Source: an uncultured Bacteriovoracaceae bacterium (lineage in GTDB: Bacteria > Bdellovibrionota > Bacteriovoracia > Bacteriovoracales > Bacteriovoracaceae). Taken from it: a DNA stretch of 64,000 bases. Both the position numbers and the translations under genes were made by a program. Every line of letters starts with the position of its first letter. Positions within the stretch are counted from its first letter, which is position 1. The DNA lies in contig CAXGUD010000013.1 in assembly GCA_964012805.1 (NCBI GenBank), positions 32,880 to 96,879 of the forward strand, read 5' to 3'. This document shows, piece by piece, positions 39,872-51,300 of the stretch. Under the pieces are notes generated by a model. That model was not told where the DNA came from and searched no databases. It saw only the letters and a list, made by a program, of their open reading frames with translations.

Positions 39872-40540
39872 TTATATGCCAACTTCTTTTTCATCAGAGA
39901 AAAAATCTCTATGATAATCAAAGCCACATTGGTCTTTAACCTTTTGAAGATAAGCATGGATTTCTTCCTTAAATTGGTACTCGGGAAAAACATAAAGCCC
40001 CCAAAGGTGTGATGCAATCATGATATCAAAAATAGTTAAAGAAGAACTTTTATAATAAGGCTCAAGTTTGGAAGTGAGTTCTTCCATTAAGGGGTATAAT
40101 TTTCTTAAAAACTCTTCTTTATTTTGGATTAGGTTATTAAAAGGACCTCTCTTCTTTTCTTTCTTTTTTTGAAAGTACTCCCTCGAGGAAGTACTAAACT
40201 CAGGAGTCCATATCCAATAAGGCATACAAAGGCTATGGATAGGCCCACCAAAATGATTCAAAAGTTCTGTGACCTCTTTCATTTTTTCATCGTCTTTTAT
40301 TAAATCCATTTGAAGCTTATTTTCTTGATCGGCCCTTTCAATGATATCCAAACTCTCATTTTGGGCCTTCTCATCTTCCCACTTAACAATGGGGAGCATC
40401 TTTTTTTGACAAAGATCAAGTGGTGTCTTTTCATCGTCATAAGGCACTACAACAGACTTGTAGGGTACTTTTAGAAGGCCAAAGGCCATTCTGACACGGA
40501 CACAAAAAGGGCAATGAACATAGTGATAAAGCGTAATCAT
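39872..40540 (-). CDS. grxB: Glutaredoxin 2 (GST-like fold)
   Basis: LYHYVHCPFC, ESLDI and YFQKKKE motifs. Confidence 0.9.
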   Translation of the reverse strand: MITLYHYVHCPFCVRVRMAFGLLKVPYKSVVVPYDDEKTPLDLCQKKMLPIVKWEDEKAQNESLDIIERADQENKLQMDLIKDDEKMKEVTELLNHFGGPIHSLCMPYWIWTPEFSTSSREYFQKKKEKKRGPFNNLIQNKEEFLRKLYPLMEELTSKLEPYYKSSSLTIFDIMIASHLWGLYVFPEYQFKEEIHAYLQKVKDQCGFDYHRDFFSDEKEVGI

Positions 40541-40608
40541 GAAATTTGACTCCTAAAACTTGAAAGATCAAGCTTATTAGCTTAGCCTGGAGAGAATAGG
40601 ATTAAGTC

Positions 40609-41034
40609 ATGAATAAAGTCAAAGTTTTATTTTTATGCACAGGCAACTCGTGCAGGAGCCAAATGGCCGAAGGCTGGTGCCGCCACCTTAAAAGTGAATC
40701 CATAGAGGCATTTTCAGCGGGAACGAATATACTGGGAGTCAATCAAAGGGCCATTTCGGCAATGAAAGAATTGGGAGTTGATATCTCTCATCATAAAAGC
40801 AAAACAATTGGCCAGATCTCAGAAAAATTCTTCGACTATGTTTTTACAGTGTGTGGCAATGCCAATGAAAACTGCCCCTACTTCCCAGGGGAAGCCGTCA
40901 TCCATCACGTTGGTTTCGACGACCCTCCGAAAAAAGCAAATGGGCTATCGGATGAAGAAGAGATACAAAATGAATACAGAAAAGTAAGAGATGAGATTAA
41001 GGTTTTTATTGAAAAAATCGAGGAATACTTTTAG
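40609..41034 (+). CDS. arsC: Arsenate reductase, thioredoxin-coupled / LMW phosphatase family
   Basis: CTGNSCRSQMAE, TVC..A..NCP and FDDP motifs. Confidence 0.92.
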   Translation: MNKVKVLFLCTGNSCRSQMAEGWCRHLKSESIEAFSAGTNILGVNQRAISAMKELGVDISHHKSKTIGQISEKFFDYVFTVCGNANENCPYFPGEAVIHHVGFDDPPKKANGLSDEEEIQNEYRKVRDEIKVFIEKIEEYF

Positions 41035-41720
41035 ATTTTCTCTGCAAAAAGGGAAGATCCGATGTTCAAAGACTCTGAAACTTTAGAAACATCTTGTTTT
41101 TTCAAATGAGGCCCTGTTTGGAGCATCTCTCTTATTTTTGACCCCATAACATCAGCAGCAATGTCAGTTTCTTCTCCAACTATAAAATCAGCATACTGCC
41201 TTTGAGGCTCCAAATACCTCTGATACATAGGCCTAACAGTTGCGTAATATTGCTCTATAACTGAATCAAGAGAACGTCCTCTTTCCTTTACATCTCTATG
41301 AAGCCTTCTAGTGAAACGAATATCTGCTTCGACATGAAGAAAAATTTTAATATCAAGTAAATCCCTTATCTCCTTATCAAAAAGAGAAAAAATACCTTCG
41401 AAGACGATAACCTTACTAGGCCCAATAAATTTTGTTTCTTTTAACCGGTCTGATGCTTTGAAGTCATAGCGAGGACACTCTATCGACTGGCCCTTTTTCA
41501 ATAGTTCTAAGTGTTTTCTAAGAAGTTTCCAATCGAAAGCGCTGGGGTGGTCAAAGTTAGGGCGCCCTTCATCGTCCAAGTGAGTAAGTTTAACGTGAGG
41601 AAGATAGTAGGAATCCATACTCAGCAAACTAACATCAGATTCAAAGCCCTTTAGAATCTTTTGAGAAAATGTCGTTTTTCCAGAGCCAGACCCACCGGCT
41701 ACGGCAATTAAATTCGTCAA
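41031..41720 (-). CDS. udk: Uridine kinase
   Basis: GGSGSGKTT, DSYY, NFDHP, EGI and RRLHRD..ERGR motifs. Confidence 0.96.
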   Translation of the reverse strand: MTNLIAVAGGSGSGKTTFSQKILKGFESDVSLLSMDSYYLPHVKLTHLDDEGRPNFDHPSAFDWKLLRKHLELLKKGQSIECPRYDFKASDRLKETKFIGPSKVIVFEGIFSLFDKEIRDLLDIKIFLHVEADIRFTRRLHRDVKERGRSLDSVIEQYYATVRPMYQRYLEPQRQYADFIVGEETDIAADVMGSKIREMLQTGPHLKKQDVSKVSESLNIGSSLFAEKI

Positions 41721-41914
41721 AATGCACCTCTAAAGTTCAAAATAGGTAGCATAGTATTTGGGCTAAATAAAGAAAAATCAAAGATTTACAGTTAAGGTGA
41801 GAGATTTTACCTACTTTTCCGGTGAACTAATCTTGTCCGTATCTTGCCACCATGATCCAAACAAAGGATATTAAAGAGGAAAACGAGAACTTATTTTGAT
41901 AGGCGGCAAAACTT

Positions 41915-42823
41915 ATGAAACAAGAGTTGCTAGAAATTAACGGACTTAAACTAAGCCTTTGGACGTGGGGCAACCCAAAGTCCCCCCCTCTTTTCTTCAT
42001 TCATGGCTTTGCAGATTCAGGAAAAAACTTTCAATGGGTAGCTGAAAATTTAAAAAATCAGTACTTTTGTATAGCTCCAGACCTCAGAGGGCATGGTCAT
42101 AGCGAAAAAGGCAAAAACCCACTTGGGTACTTTTTCTATGAGTACATTGCCGATATTCACCAAATTTTTGACCATTATTCTCCCAACGAACCTGTCCTCG
42201 CCATAGGTCACAGTATGGGAGGAAATATTGTTTCTCTCTACGGAGGAGCTTGTCCTGATAGAGTGAAGGCCTTTATCAATATCGAAGGCCTGGGGATTAG
42301 AGACCGATCTCGCGAAAGCGCACCAAAAGTTTTTTCAAATTGGCTCCATGGAAAGGCCAATCATTTCAAAGAAGAGTACTCATCCATTTCTGAATTTGCA
42401 GAAAAGATGAAGAAAAGGAACCCCTATACCCCATTAGAAAGGTGTCATTCAATTGCTGAAAACCTTCTCGTTGAAAAAAAGAAGGACCAATTTGTTCTTA
42501 TGGTAGACCCTCTTCACTTTTTGCCTAATCCTTATATCTATAGGTTTGAAAATGTCGCCCCCTTCTTTAGAGCACATAAAGGGTCTATACTTTTCATTGA
42601 AAGTGAACATACAAATATGGATTCCTGGATGACACCCCTGGACCTTGACCCAAAAGATAAGGTGGACTTTAGAATTAAAGAAACCGAAAGGCGCCTCTCT
42701 TTTTACCCAAAACACCAAAAAATAATTATCAAGAATTGTGGGCATATGATTCATTATGATTTACCAGTAGAGCTGTCCCATGAGATAGAAAACTTTTTCA
42801 AGGCCAATGAAGACCATCTTTAA
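41915..42823 (+). CDS. Alpha/beta fold hydrolase
   Basis: HGF, PDLRGHG, GHSMGG and GHMIH motifs. Confidence 0.92.
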   Translation: MKQELLEINGLKLSLWTWGNPKSPPLFFIHGFADSGKNFQWVAENLKNQYFCIAPDLRGHGHSEKGKNPLGYFFYEYIADIHQIFDHYSPNEPVLAIGHSMGGNIVSLYGGACPDRVKAFINIEGLGIRDRSRESAPKVFSNWLHGKANHFKEEYSSISEFAEKMKKRNPYTPLERCHSIAENLLVEKKKDQFVLMVDPLHFLPNPYIYRFENVAPFFRAHKGSILFIESEHTNMDSWMTPLDLDPKDKVDFRIKETERRLSFYPKHQKIIIKNCGHMIHYDLPVELSHEIENFFKANEDHL

Positions 42824-42826
42824 ACT

Positions 42827-44392
42827 ATGAGAGAAATACTACGGTTAAAATTATCTCAACTTTTTAATTATTTTATAAAAAGTAATCACTCTCAAGAATT
42901 AACCCGCTTCTGGCTATTAAGGGGTATGGGGTTTCTCTACTTTTGTGCTTTCTTCCCTTTGATATTTCAGTTTAAACCTCTTTTAGGTTCAGACGGACTT
43001 TTACCGATGAACCTCTTCCTCCAAAAAACGCAGAACTATTTGGGAGAACTCAATCACTTTTGGGCCATGCCAAATATTTTTTGGCTTAACAGTAGTGATT
43101 CTTTTGGACTCTTCCTTATATTTTTAGGCGTTTTGCTCTCAATACTCGTTATGGTGGGTTTTGCTAATTTTTTCATACTTCTGACTTTATGGATTATTCA
43201 ATTATCTATTTATTATGTTGGTCAAACTTTTTGGGGATTTGGCTGGGAAATGAACCTTATAGAACTAGGTTTCTTGGCGCTCTTTTTAGTTCCTATTTTT
43301 AATTCATCGCCTTTTTCATCTAAATTACCTCCGCCCGAAATTATTTTGTTTTTCTTTCGGTTAGTTCTCTTTAAAGTCATGCTTGGATCTGGTCTCATAA
43401 AAATTAGAGGAGATTCCTGCTGGCAAAGCCTCGAATGCCTTTCATACCACTTTGAAACCCAGCCAATTCCAGGTCTATTCTCACCATTTTTACACCACCT
43501 ACCAAAGACTTTGCTTAAAGGTGGTGTCATTTTTAACCATGTGGTCGAAATTATTTTTCCATGGTTTATCTTTCTTAGAGGAAATATTCGTAAAGTTACC
43601 GGAATTATTTTTACTTTGTTTCAAATAATACTCATCTTAAGTGGTAACTATGGTTGGATTAATTACTTAACCCTTGTCATGATCATTCCTTGCTTTGATG
43701 ACTCTTTTCTTCAAAAACTGACCCCAAAAAATATATCTAAAAAAATAAAATCAAAAACCTCTTTAGATATGAGGAAGCACCCTTACTTCCCCATTCAGGT
43801 TATAGTTTCTATAATTCTTCTTTATTTATCCATAAAACCCTTAAAAAATCTTATTGGACCTAATCAGGTAATGAATGCCTCTTACGACAGATTTGCTCTA
43901 GTCAATACATATGGTCTTTTTGGAGGTATTACAAGAAGCCGTTATGAAATTATTATGAAGGGGACAACAGACAAAAAAATAACCAAGCAAACGTTATGGA
44001 AGGAATACTCTATCCCTTGCAAACCTGGGTTTCCTTCAAAAAGACCATGTATGGCCTCTCCTTACCATTATAGATTGGCCTGGCAAATTTGGTTTGCGGC
44101 AATTGACAAAGATAGAATACAGCCATGGATTTTACACTGGGTTTATAAACTTCTCCTCCATAAAAAAGGTGCTCTCTCTTTATTGGAGGATAATCCATTT
44201 CCCAAAAGTCCTCCTGCACACATAAAAATGGACCTTTACCTTTATAATTTTAACCGTCCAAAAGAATATAAAAAAGACGACAGAAACCTCTGGTACAAAC
44301 GGAAGTTCATTAGAAACTATCTTCCACCATTAAATAAAAATCATCCAGAACTCCGCAAGTTTATTTATAACAAAGGATGGCCCATCTACTAG
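42827..44392 (+). CDS. Lipase maturation factor (LMF) family membrane protein
   Basis: FGWE, SGLIK.RGD.CW, HFETQP, SGNY..N and PYHYRL.WQ.WFAA motifs. Confidence 0.9.
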   Translation: MREILRLKLSQLFNYFIKSNHSQELTRFWLLRGMGFLYFCAFFPLIFQFKPLLGSDGLLPMNLFLQKTQNYLGELNHFWAMPNIFWLNSSDSFGLFLIFLGVLLSILVMVGFANFFILLTLWIIQLSIYYVGQTFWGFGWEMNLIELGFLALFLVPIFNSSPFSSKLPPPEIILFFFRLVLFKVMLGSGLIKIRGDSCWQSLECLSYHFETQPIPGLFSPFLHHLPKTLLKGGVIFNHVVEIIFPWFIFLRGNIRKVTGIIFTLFQIILILSGNYGWINYLTLVMIIPCFDDSFLQKLTPKNISKKIKSKTSLDMRKHPYFPIQVIVSIILLYLSIKPLKNLIGPNQVMNASYDRFALVNTYGLFGGITRSRYEIIMKGTTDKKITKQTLWKEYSIPCKPGFPSKRPCMASPYHYRLAWQIWFAAIDKDRIQPWILHWVYKLLLHKKGALSLLEDNPFPKSPPAHIKMDLYLYNFNRPKEYKKDDRNLWYKRKFIRNYLPPLNKNHPELRKFIYNKGWPIY

Positions 44393-44515
44393 TTGAATAA
44401 AAAACATTGAATCTTGACTATTATTCATACTTTTTTCTCTTTAATCCTTAATTTTTTTAAAAAATAACCAATAAGAATTCTAAGAAAATATAGAAAATAT
44501 TATCAATTAGGAACT

Positions 44516-46510
44516 ATGACAACAAAACCAAGAGTACTCATTGTTGATGATGAGCCAGATATTCAAAAAACTATAGGTGATATCCTAACCACAGATTCAG
44601 GCTATACTGATGACCTAAAGGACCTTAAAAGCACCTTATTTGGTGATGAAAATGAAGAAATAAACGAAGAAATAGTTTACGAATTAAACTATGCTGACCA
44701 GGGTGAAGAAGCTATCCAGAAAGTAAAAAAATCCAAAGAAGAGGGGAAGCCTTTTTCAGTTATTTTCATGGATATTAGAATGCCTCCAGGCATGGACGGT
44801 ATCATCACTTCTCAGAAAATTTGGGATATAGACCCACGAGTTGAAATAATTCTCTGCAGTGCCTATTCAGATTATACGTGGGACCAAGTTATTTTAAAAC
44901 TTGGTGTTACTGATAAACTCATCATCCTTAAAAAGCCTTTTATGCCGGAAGAAATCAGCCAGGTTGCTCTTTCTCTTTCCAAAAAATGGGCGCTAGTCAA
45001 TAACCTTGAAAACATCGTCAGAGAAAGAACATTTCAATTGGAAAAGGCCAATCAATCTAAAAACGACTTTCTCGCAAAGATGAGTCATGAGATAAGAACC
45101 CCAATGAACGCAATAATGGGTTTTAGTGATATCTTATCTTCCTTAATCGATGATAAAAAACAAAAAGACTACCTCATGGCCATTGGCCAGAGTGGGAAAA
45201 GCCTCTTGCGTTTAATTAATGATATACTTGATATTTCTAAGATAGAGGCAGGCCATATTGACCTCAAATATGGCCCGATTGATCCAAAAAGGTTTTTTGA
45301 GGAGTGTAGAGGTCTTTTTATTGAACGCTGCCAGAAAAAAGAAATAGAATTTGAGCTTATTTTTGAACAAGAAATACCAGGGCCTATACTATTAGATGAA
45401 TTAAGGCTTCTCCAAATAACTCTTAACCTTTTAGGGAATGCTCTTAAATTTACAAATAAAGGAAAAATAGGAATAAAAATCGGGTTTAATAAACCAAATA
45501 ATAATGGACAGCTTATCGATTTCTTTTTCACGGTCTTTGATACAGGTTGTGGAGTTCCACAAGATAGCATCCATAAAATATTTGATAAATTTTTCCAAAC
45601 AAAGGAAAGTGCATCTCAGAGCCTCGGTGGAACAGGCTTAGGCCTCTCCATTACAAAAGACTTAATTGAGTTAATGAAAGGAAATATTACTGTTGAAAGT
45701 GAAGCGAATAAAGGAACTAGCTTTACTGTTACATTCAAAGAAGTAGAAACCACAGCGGATGGTAATCAGATAAAACAATCAGAGATTTCTCCAGACTCTT
45801 ATAAATTCAAAAACTCAAAGGTCCTTATAATTGAGGATATAGACTACAATCTGACTCTGATGAAAGCTTATCTTGAAAATTATGACTTGCATCTTTTTTT
45901 CGCTAAAAATGGAAAAGAAGGCCTAGAAATTGTTAACCAACAGGAACCCGATCTTATAATAACTGATATAAAGTTACCTCTTAAGGATGGCCTAGAAATA
46001 ATTGATGAACTCAAGTCAAATAAAAAAACAAAAGAAGTTCCAATTATTGTAACAACAGCAATGGCAATGCTAGGAGAAATTGAGAAGATAAAATCTATTA
46101 CAAATAGCTTTTTATCAAAGCCAATATCAAAGCTGGACCTTGTAGAAACTATGGCGCTCCATTTACCATCAGAAATAGTTGAAGTTAATGAAGATGGAAT
46201 GGTCATTTCTCAAATGGATTGGACTCTTAAAAAAGAAGACATTGAAAATATTCCAAATCTCTGCAATATTTTAAGAGAGGATATAGCGAAAAAATTAGAA
46301 GAGGCAACAAAAACCCAAATTATTCAAGACTTCATTGAAATTGCTAGCGAAATGAAGGGCTTAGGGTTAAGCTATAAGTGTAAAGACCTCTACGATTATT
46401 CTGAGACCTTTTTTCTGAGTGCTAGAAATTTTGATCTCAAATCAGTGAAAACCTATGTGGATAATTTCCAGGAAAAAGTCAAAGAAATAGAGGATAAATT
46501 CAAAAAATGA
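44516..46510 (+). CDS. Cytoplasmic hybrid histidine kinase (REC-HisKA-HATPase-REC)
   Basis: VDDE/FMDIRMPPG, MSHEIRTPMN, NALKFT, DTG.G, GTGLGL and a second receiver. Confidence 0.93.
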   Translation: MTTKPRVLIVDDEPDIQKTIGDILTTDSGYTDDLKDLKSTLFGDENEEINEEIVYELNYADQGEEAIQKVKKSKEEGKPFSVIFMDIRMPPGMDGIITSQKIWDIDPRVEIILCSAYSDYTWDQVILKLGVTDKLIILKKPFMPEEISQVALSLSKKWALVNNLENIVRERTFQLEKANQSKNDFLAKMSHEIRTPMNAIMGFSDILSSLIDDKKQKDYLMAIGQSGKSLLRLINDILDISKIEAGHIDLKYGPIDPKRFFEECRGLFIERCQKKEIEFELIFEQEIPGPILLDELRLLQITLNLLGNALKFTNKGKIGIKIGFNKPNNNGQLIDFFFTVFDTGCGVPQDSIHKIFDKFFQTKESASQSLGGTGLGLSITKDLIELMKGNITVESEANKGTSFTVTFKEVETTADGNQIKQSEISPDSYKFKNSKVLIIEDIDYNLTLMKAYLENYDLHLFFAKNGKEGLEIVNQQEPDLIITDIKLPLKDGLEIIDELKSNKKTKEVPIIVTTAMAMLGEIEKIKSITNSFLSKPISKLDLVETMALHLPSEIVEVNEDGMVISQMDWTLKKEDIENIPNLCNILREDIAKKLEEATKTQIIQDFIEIASEMKGLGLSYKCKDLYDYSETFFLSARNFDLKSVKTYVDNFQEKVKEIEDKFKK

Positions 46511-46523
46511 GAGAACGTCAAAA

Positions 46524-47012
46524 ATGCCTTTTGACATTAAGCATTGGCTTATTTATCTATTTATACTCTCAGCGACCGCTTCCTTTGCAAAGCAAAGCTC
46601 CAAGGAAAAATTAAGCAAGCATGGCAATTTAACTTTTAAAATAGTAAATATACAAAACCCAAAAAAAGGGTTCATGCTTATTCTCATATATAAAAAAGAA
46701 AACTGGGCCCCGGATAAACCTGAAAAAGCATTTAAAATCGTAAAAGTAAGAACTAAATCTTCTATTCAAGAAGTCACAATTAATGATATACCCTTTGGAA
46801 CCTATGCTATTGGACTTATTCACGATATAAACAGTAATAATAAACTAGATACAAGATGGTTTCCACCAGGAATGCCATCAGAAGATGTAGGTGCATCCAA
46901 TAATGCTGAGGGTGGACCTTTCGGTGCTCCTCCATGGGAGAAGGCAAAATTTACAGTCGATAAAAAAGAAGTTTTGCTAAGAACAATTAAAATGGCCCAT
47001 TTATATAAATGA
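46524..47012 (+). CDS. DUF2141 family exported protein
   Basis: GTYAI...HD.N.N.KLD, P.E..G.SNN and PP.WEKAKF motifs. Confidence 0.85.
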   Translation: MPFDIKHWLIYLFILSATASFAKQSSKEKLSKHGNLTFKIVNIQNPKKGFMLILIYKKENWAPDKPEKAFKIVKVRTKSSIQEVTINDIPFGTYAIGLIHDINSNNKLDTRWFPPGMPSEDVGASNNAEGGPFGAPPWEKAKFTVDKKEVLLRTIKMAHLYK

Positions 47013-47611
47013 AAAAATATTTTTACCTTTTTAGACATGGACAAACAAACTGGAACCTTGAAAAAAAGTGTCAAGGCCATACAGATATTCCTTTAAATGA
47101 AAAAGGGCTTAAAGAAGCCGAAGAACTTTCTATAAAATTTGAAAAAATTCCTCTTCAAGTTGTTTACTCAAGCGACCTCAAAAGGGCCACACAAACAGCT
47201 GAGTTTTTATCTATCAAAAAAAATATCCCTTTGTTATTGTCCGAGCACTTAAGAGAATTTTGTTTAGGCTCGGCAGAAGGGAAATCACATGAAGAGATTA
47301 TTTCATCTTTTGGTATTGAGCTCTGGGAAAACTTTTTGAGTATAAATTGTGAAAAGGATGATATCTCTTACCCGGGAGGGGAATCAAGGTATCAAGTCTT
47401 TAAAAGAACATTGAAAATACTGAATACTATTGCCTGCGAAAGCTCATATGAGCAAATCGGTATTGCAACTCATGGTGGGACCTTAAGAAACCTTTTATCT
47501 CACTTAGACCCATCACTTCAAAACAAAATTAGCACACCTAATTGCTCTGTCTTTAAAGTCTGCTACCTAAGCCCTCAAAAAGACTGGGTTTTAGAGGGAC
47601 AACTTTTTTAA
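47009..47611 (+). CDS. Histidine phosphatase family protein
   Basis: RHGQT, SSDLKRA.QTA, LRE, GGES and THGG motifs. Confidence 0.92.
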   Translation: MKKYFYLFRHGQTNWNLEKKCQGHTDIPLNEKGLKEAEELSIKFEKIPLQVVYSSDLKRATQTAEFLSIKKNIPLLLSEHLREFCLGSAEGKSHEEIISSFGIELWENFLSINCEKDDISYPGGESRYQVFKRTLKILNTIACESSYEQIGIATHGGTLRNLLSHLDPSLQNKISTPNCSVFKVCYLSPQKDWVLEGQLF

Positions 47612-47612
47612 T

Positions 47613-47640
47613 TAAATATGTTTAAATTAAATTCCGATAA
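47613..47640 (+). promoter_or_regulatory. Putative sigma28 (FliA) promoter
   Basis: TAAAT-N15-TCCGATAA. Confidence 0.5.
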
Positions 47641-47685
47641 CAAGATTAGATAAGTCTTTAATTAAAAAATGTAAGGAAAAAAAAG

Positions 47686-48162
47686 ATGGATCAAAAAGGT
47701 ATATTAAGAAATTCACAGCTTTTCAAAAATATAAAAAAAGAAATCATAGATGAGCTTTCTCATTTTTTCCATGAAAAGAAGTACCCAGCTAAAGATACCA
47801 TTTTTTTTGAAGGTGATATAGGCGATGAACTTTTCATTATTGCATATGGGACCGTTAAAGTTATCAAGAATGATCCACAAAGCGGGGAAGAAAAAGAGCT
47901 TGCAATGCTGGCAAGTGGTTCCTACTTTGGTGAGATGGCCTTGATCAACCCTGATCATAAAAGAACTGCAACACTAGAAACAATGGAAGCCACGACACTT
48001 ATTGGTCTCAATCAAGAGGGACTAAAAAATTTATGTGATCACAACCCCGAAGCTTCTATAGAAATTTACAAGTCTCTGGCAACAGCATTAGCACAAAGGC
48101 TTTCACTAACTAACGACTCTTTAGCACACTACAAAACCTTACTCAGCCATAGTTCCGATTAA
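47686..48162 (+). CDS. Cyclic nucleotide-binding domain protein (no HTH)
   Basis: IFFEGD, FGEMAL and RTAT motifs. Confidence 0.92.
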   Translation: MDQKGILRNSQLFKNIKKEIIDELSHFFHEKKYPAKDTIFFEGDIGDELFIIAYGTVKVIKNDPQSGEEKELAMLASGSYFGEMALINPDHKRTATLETMEATTLIGLNQEGLKNLCDHNPEASIEIYKSLATALAQRLSLTNDSLAHYKTLLSHSSD

Positions 48163-48271
48163 AAGCTAAACAAAAGATTAAATAAATAATTTTTTGTTTA
48201 GTTTTCCTAAAAGTCTCTATCAAATAATTTCAACCATCTACGATAAAGTTGAAAAAATCGCTAAGCTTTAC

Positions 48272-48299
48272 TAATTTTTTTCAATTCTTGGTCCGATAG
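48272..48299 (+). promoter_or_regulatory. Putative sigma28 (FliA) promoter
   Basis: TAATT-N15-TCCGATAG. Confidence 0.4.
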
Positions 48300-48335
48300 A
48301 AGCATTAATAATTTCATTTTAAATATAAGGTTTTT

Positions 48336-51300
48336 ATGAACTCTAGGTATTTAAAATTGATGATAGCAATATTTTTGGCTTTTTCTTTTTTAAAAGAAGC
48401 TATTGCTGATCCATTTAATAAAAAGGAGTGCTTCTCCTGTAATATAAAAATAGATAATTTAGATGAACCATTTGCTCTAAAAGGAAAATGGCTCTTTACA
48501 AGAAAAGACCTTTTAGAAAATAAAAACTCAGATGAATCTAATGATCCCAAGTGGGTCCTTCTCAACACTCCAGGATCCTGGAAAAAAGCTTACAACGATG
48601 GAAAGAATTTCAGAGTCGGTTGGTATAAGGGAAGGTTTCAGTTTTCAAACAAACTTATCGGGAAAAAAGTAAGGATTCTTCTTGATACTTATATGGCGGA
48701 GACTGAAGTCTTTTTAGATGGAAAGTCGATTTATAAAAGAAGTAGCCAGGACTCAGTTAAAAGGTACTTTTCTATTCAACCGATTCCTATCGAGATTGAC
48801 ATAACTAAAGAAAAGCATGTTATTGCTATTAGAACAAATACAATTCTTATGCAAGGAATTTACCAGCTTCCTTTTCATATGAGGGCCTACAAAAAATTGG
48901 ACCCAGCACTCTCCTTTATGCTTTTTTATGGGGGTAATTTTAGAAGTATTGCTGGCTTTATTCTCCTAATTTCCGGAATCTTTTTTATATCGGTATATTT
49001 AAGGACCAAAAATGACTTCTATTTAATGCCTGGTCTAAGTGGTTGCCTCATTTTTCCGTTTTTCTTTTTTCCACTAGACTTTGTGACAAGCTTTATTCAT
49101 CCTGAGAAAGCTCTTATTGCCCATTACATTGGCATGGCAGGGATGATGTATACTCAATTCAAAGTAGGCGAACTTTTTTATAAAAAGCTTCCAAAAGTAA
49201 ATCTTTTCTACGTTTTTTTCGCAAGCGCTACTGCTTTAACATTTTTTGTTCTATTATTTAAATTTAACCTTAAGCTTTTCCAAATTGTTAGAACAGTTTC
49301 TTTTCTTATCGCTTTTTTAACAAGTGCACTTTTAGTTGTCATGGGAAGAAGTGGGGTTAAAAATAACGTAAACGGTGCCAAAATATTCTTGGTTGGTGTA
49401 TGCTGTTTAATTCTTTCAGTTTTCCATGATCTTTTTAATGCCCTTGGCTTCATTCAATCTACCGGTTTTATTGCACTTGGAATGATCCTATCCACTTTTG
49501 CTATTATGGTAGTTGCGGCAAATAATTATACAGATACATATGTACAAAACCAAAAGCTTCTTGTTGAGCTTAAAGACTACGCTGAAAATTTAGAAGAAAA
49601 AGTTAAACTTGCTACGGCCCACATTGAAGAAGAGAAACAAAAAGTTGCGAACCTTTTAAACAATATGAAGCAAGCTATTTTCTCAATCGATAAAGACCTC
49701 AAAATTATTTCTCCAGCTTCGGCTTTCTCAAGAGAAGTTTTTGAATCAGATGTTGTAGGAACAGATATTTTTGATACTCTTTTTAAAGACATCGACAAAT
49801 CTAGTGAAGAATACTCTCAAGTTTTTACCTCAATGGGTGCAGTTTTCAACAACCCAACGGAACTACAATACGATTTAATGTGTGACTATTTTCCTCCACG
49901 TATCAAATACATAGTAGAACCCAGAGAAGAAGATAAAAAATCACTTGAAGATGCTGATGAAGAAGAGGAATATAAAATTCTTTCTATTAATTATAGTCCT
50001 ATGTGGAATGATATCGAAGAACTTGAAAACCTCATGATTGTTGTTGAGGATATTACGGAAAAAGAAAAATTAGCTCATGAACTTGAAGAACAAAAGAAAA
50101 CCAGTGAAAAAAATATTTCTATAATAAAAGAAATGGCCAAAGCCGATCTAGAAGATATCACTCACTTCCTTAAAGATGCCCCCAAATTAGTTGAAAGCAC
50201 TATGGGAATTTTAAGAAAAAAATCTACAAACCCCGAAGAGCTCACTGAGATGTTTAGAAACCTTCATACCTTAAAAGGAAATAGCAGGGTTTTTAATTTT
50301 AACTCTATTTCGAGTCTTACTCATATCGCAGAAACCGAAGTCACGAATATAAGAGAAAGTAAGAATCAAGGAGAAGAAATCAGTGGAGAGATCTACACCC
50401 ACTTAATGGGTAAGCTATATGATATTAGTGCAGAAATAAGTGAGTACGGAGCTCTTGCTAAAAAGGTTTTTAGAATCGAAAACGAGTTCGAGAAAAAGCT
50501 CATAAAAGATATAAATGAATTTACATCAAAAATTGACAGGAATATAGGAGACCTCATATCTCAAAATGAACTAGATTTTGCGGCCGACAAGCCGGAGCAT
50601 CTTAGGAAAGAGGCTTTTGAACTCGTTAAAGAAAAAGATATTGATCCTGTGATGTTAAGCAGTATAAAAAGATCTACTCATTCACTTAAAGGCTCGTTAA
50701 GATCTATTAAGAAAAATGACGCAACAGATCTTGTTCACAAATTCGAAAACTCATTCCACCTCTTTGAAAATCTTGACGAGACAACTATTGAGGTTTTCTA
50801 TAGAGATTTTATTAATAACTATATTGAAATTAAAGACCTTGTTAAATCTATTTATATGAATAGCGACTTAAATAGGCCAATAAATCATCCAAATAAAAGT
50901 TGGCAAGACCTCCTTTTTAGTTTCTATGAGTTCTCTCTTGCCTATAAAACAAAGAAAGAATTCGACAAAGAATTATATGAAAAACTAAAAGAACTCGTTA
51001 TAAATATGGATCTAAAATACTTAGCAACCAGTCTCAACGAATGGTTAGAGGCTGAAGTTACAGAAGAAAAGAAAAATGAAATAATGGGTAATGTGTGGAA
51101 CTACTTGGCGACGATTTCAAAACTTAACTTTACACAGACTCCTGATGAACTTAAAGAAATCATTTGTAAAACACTTATGGGTCTACCAGATGATCCAAAA
51201 GAAGCTTATAAGGTCATTAATGAACAAATTACTCACGAAACACCTCCTCTTTTGGATGTTCTAAAAGATATTTCTCTCAAAGACCAAAGCCCTAATTACT

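Noticed and set aside
40609..41034. Arsenic-resistance island
   Set aside because: Lone arsC without arsR/acr3/arsB or mobility genes.
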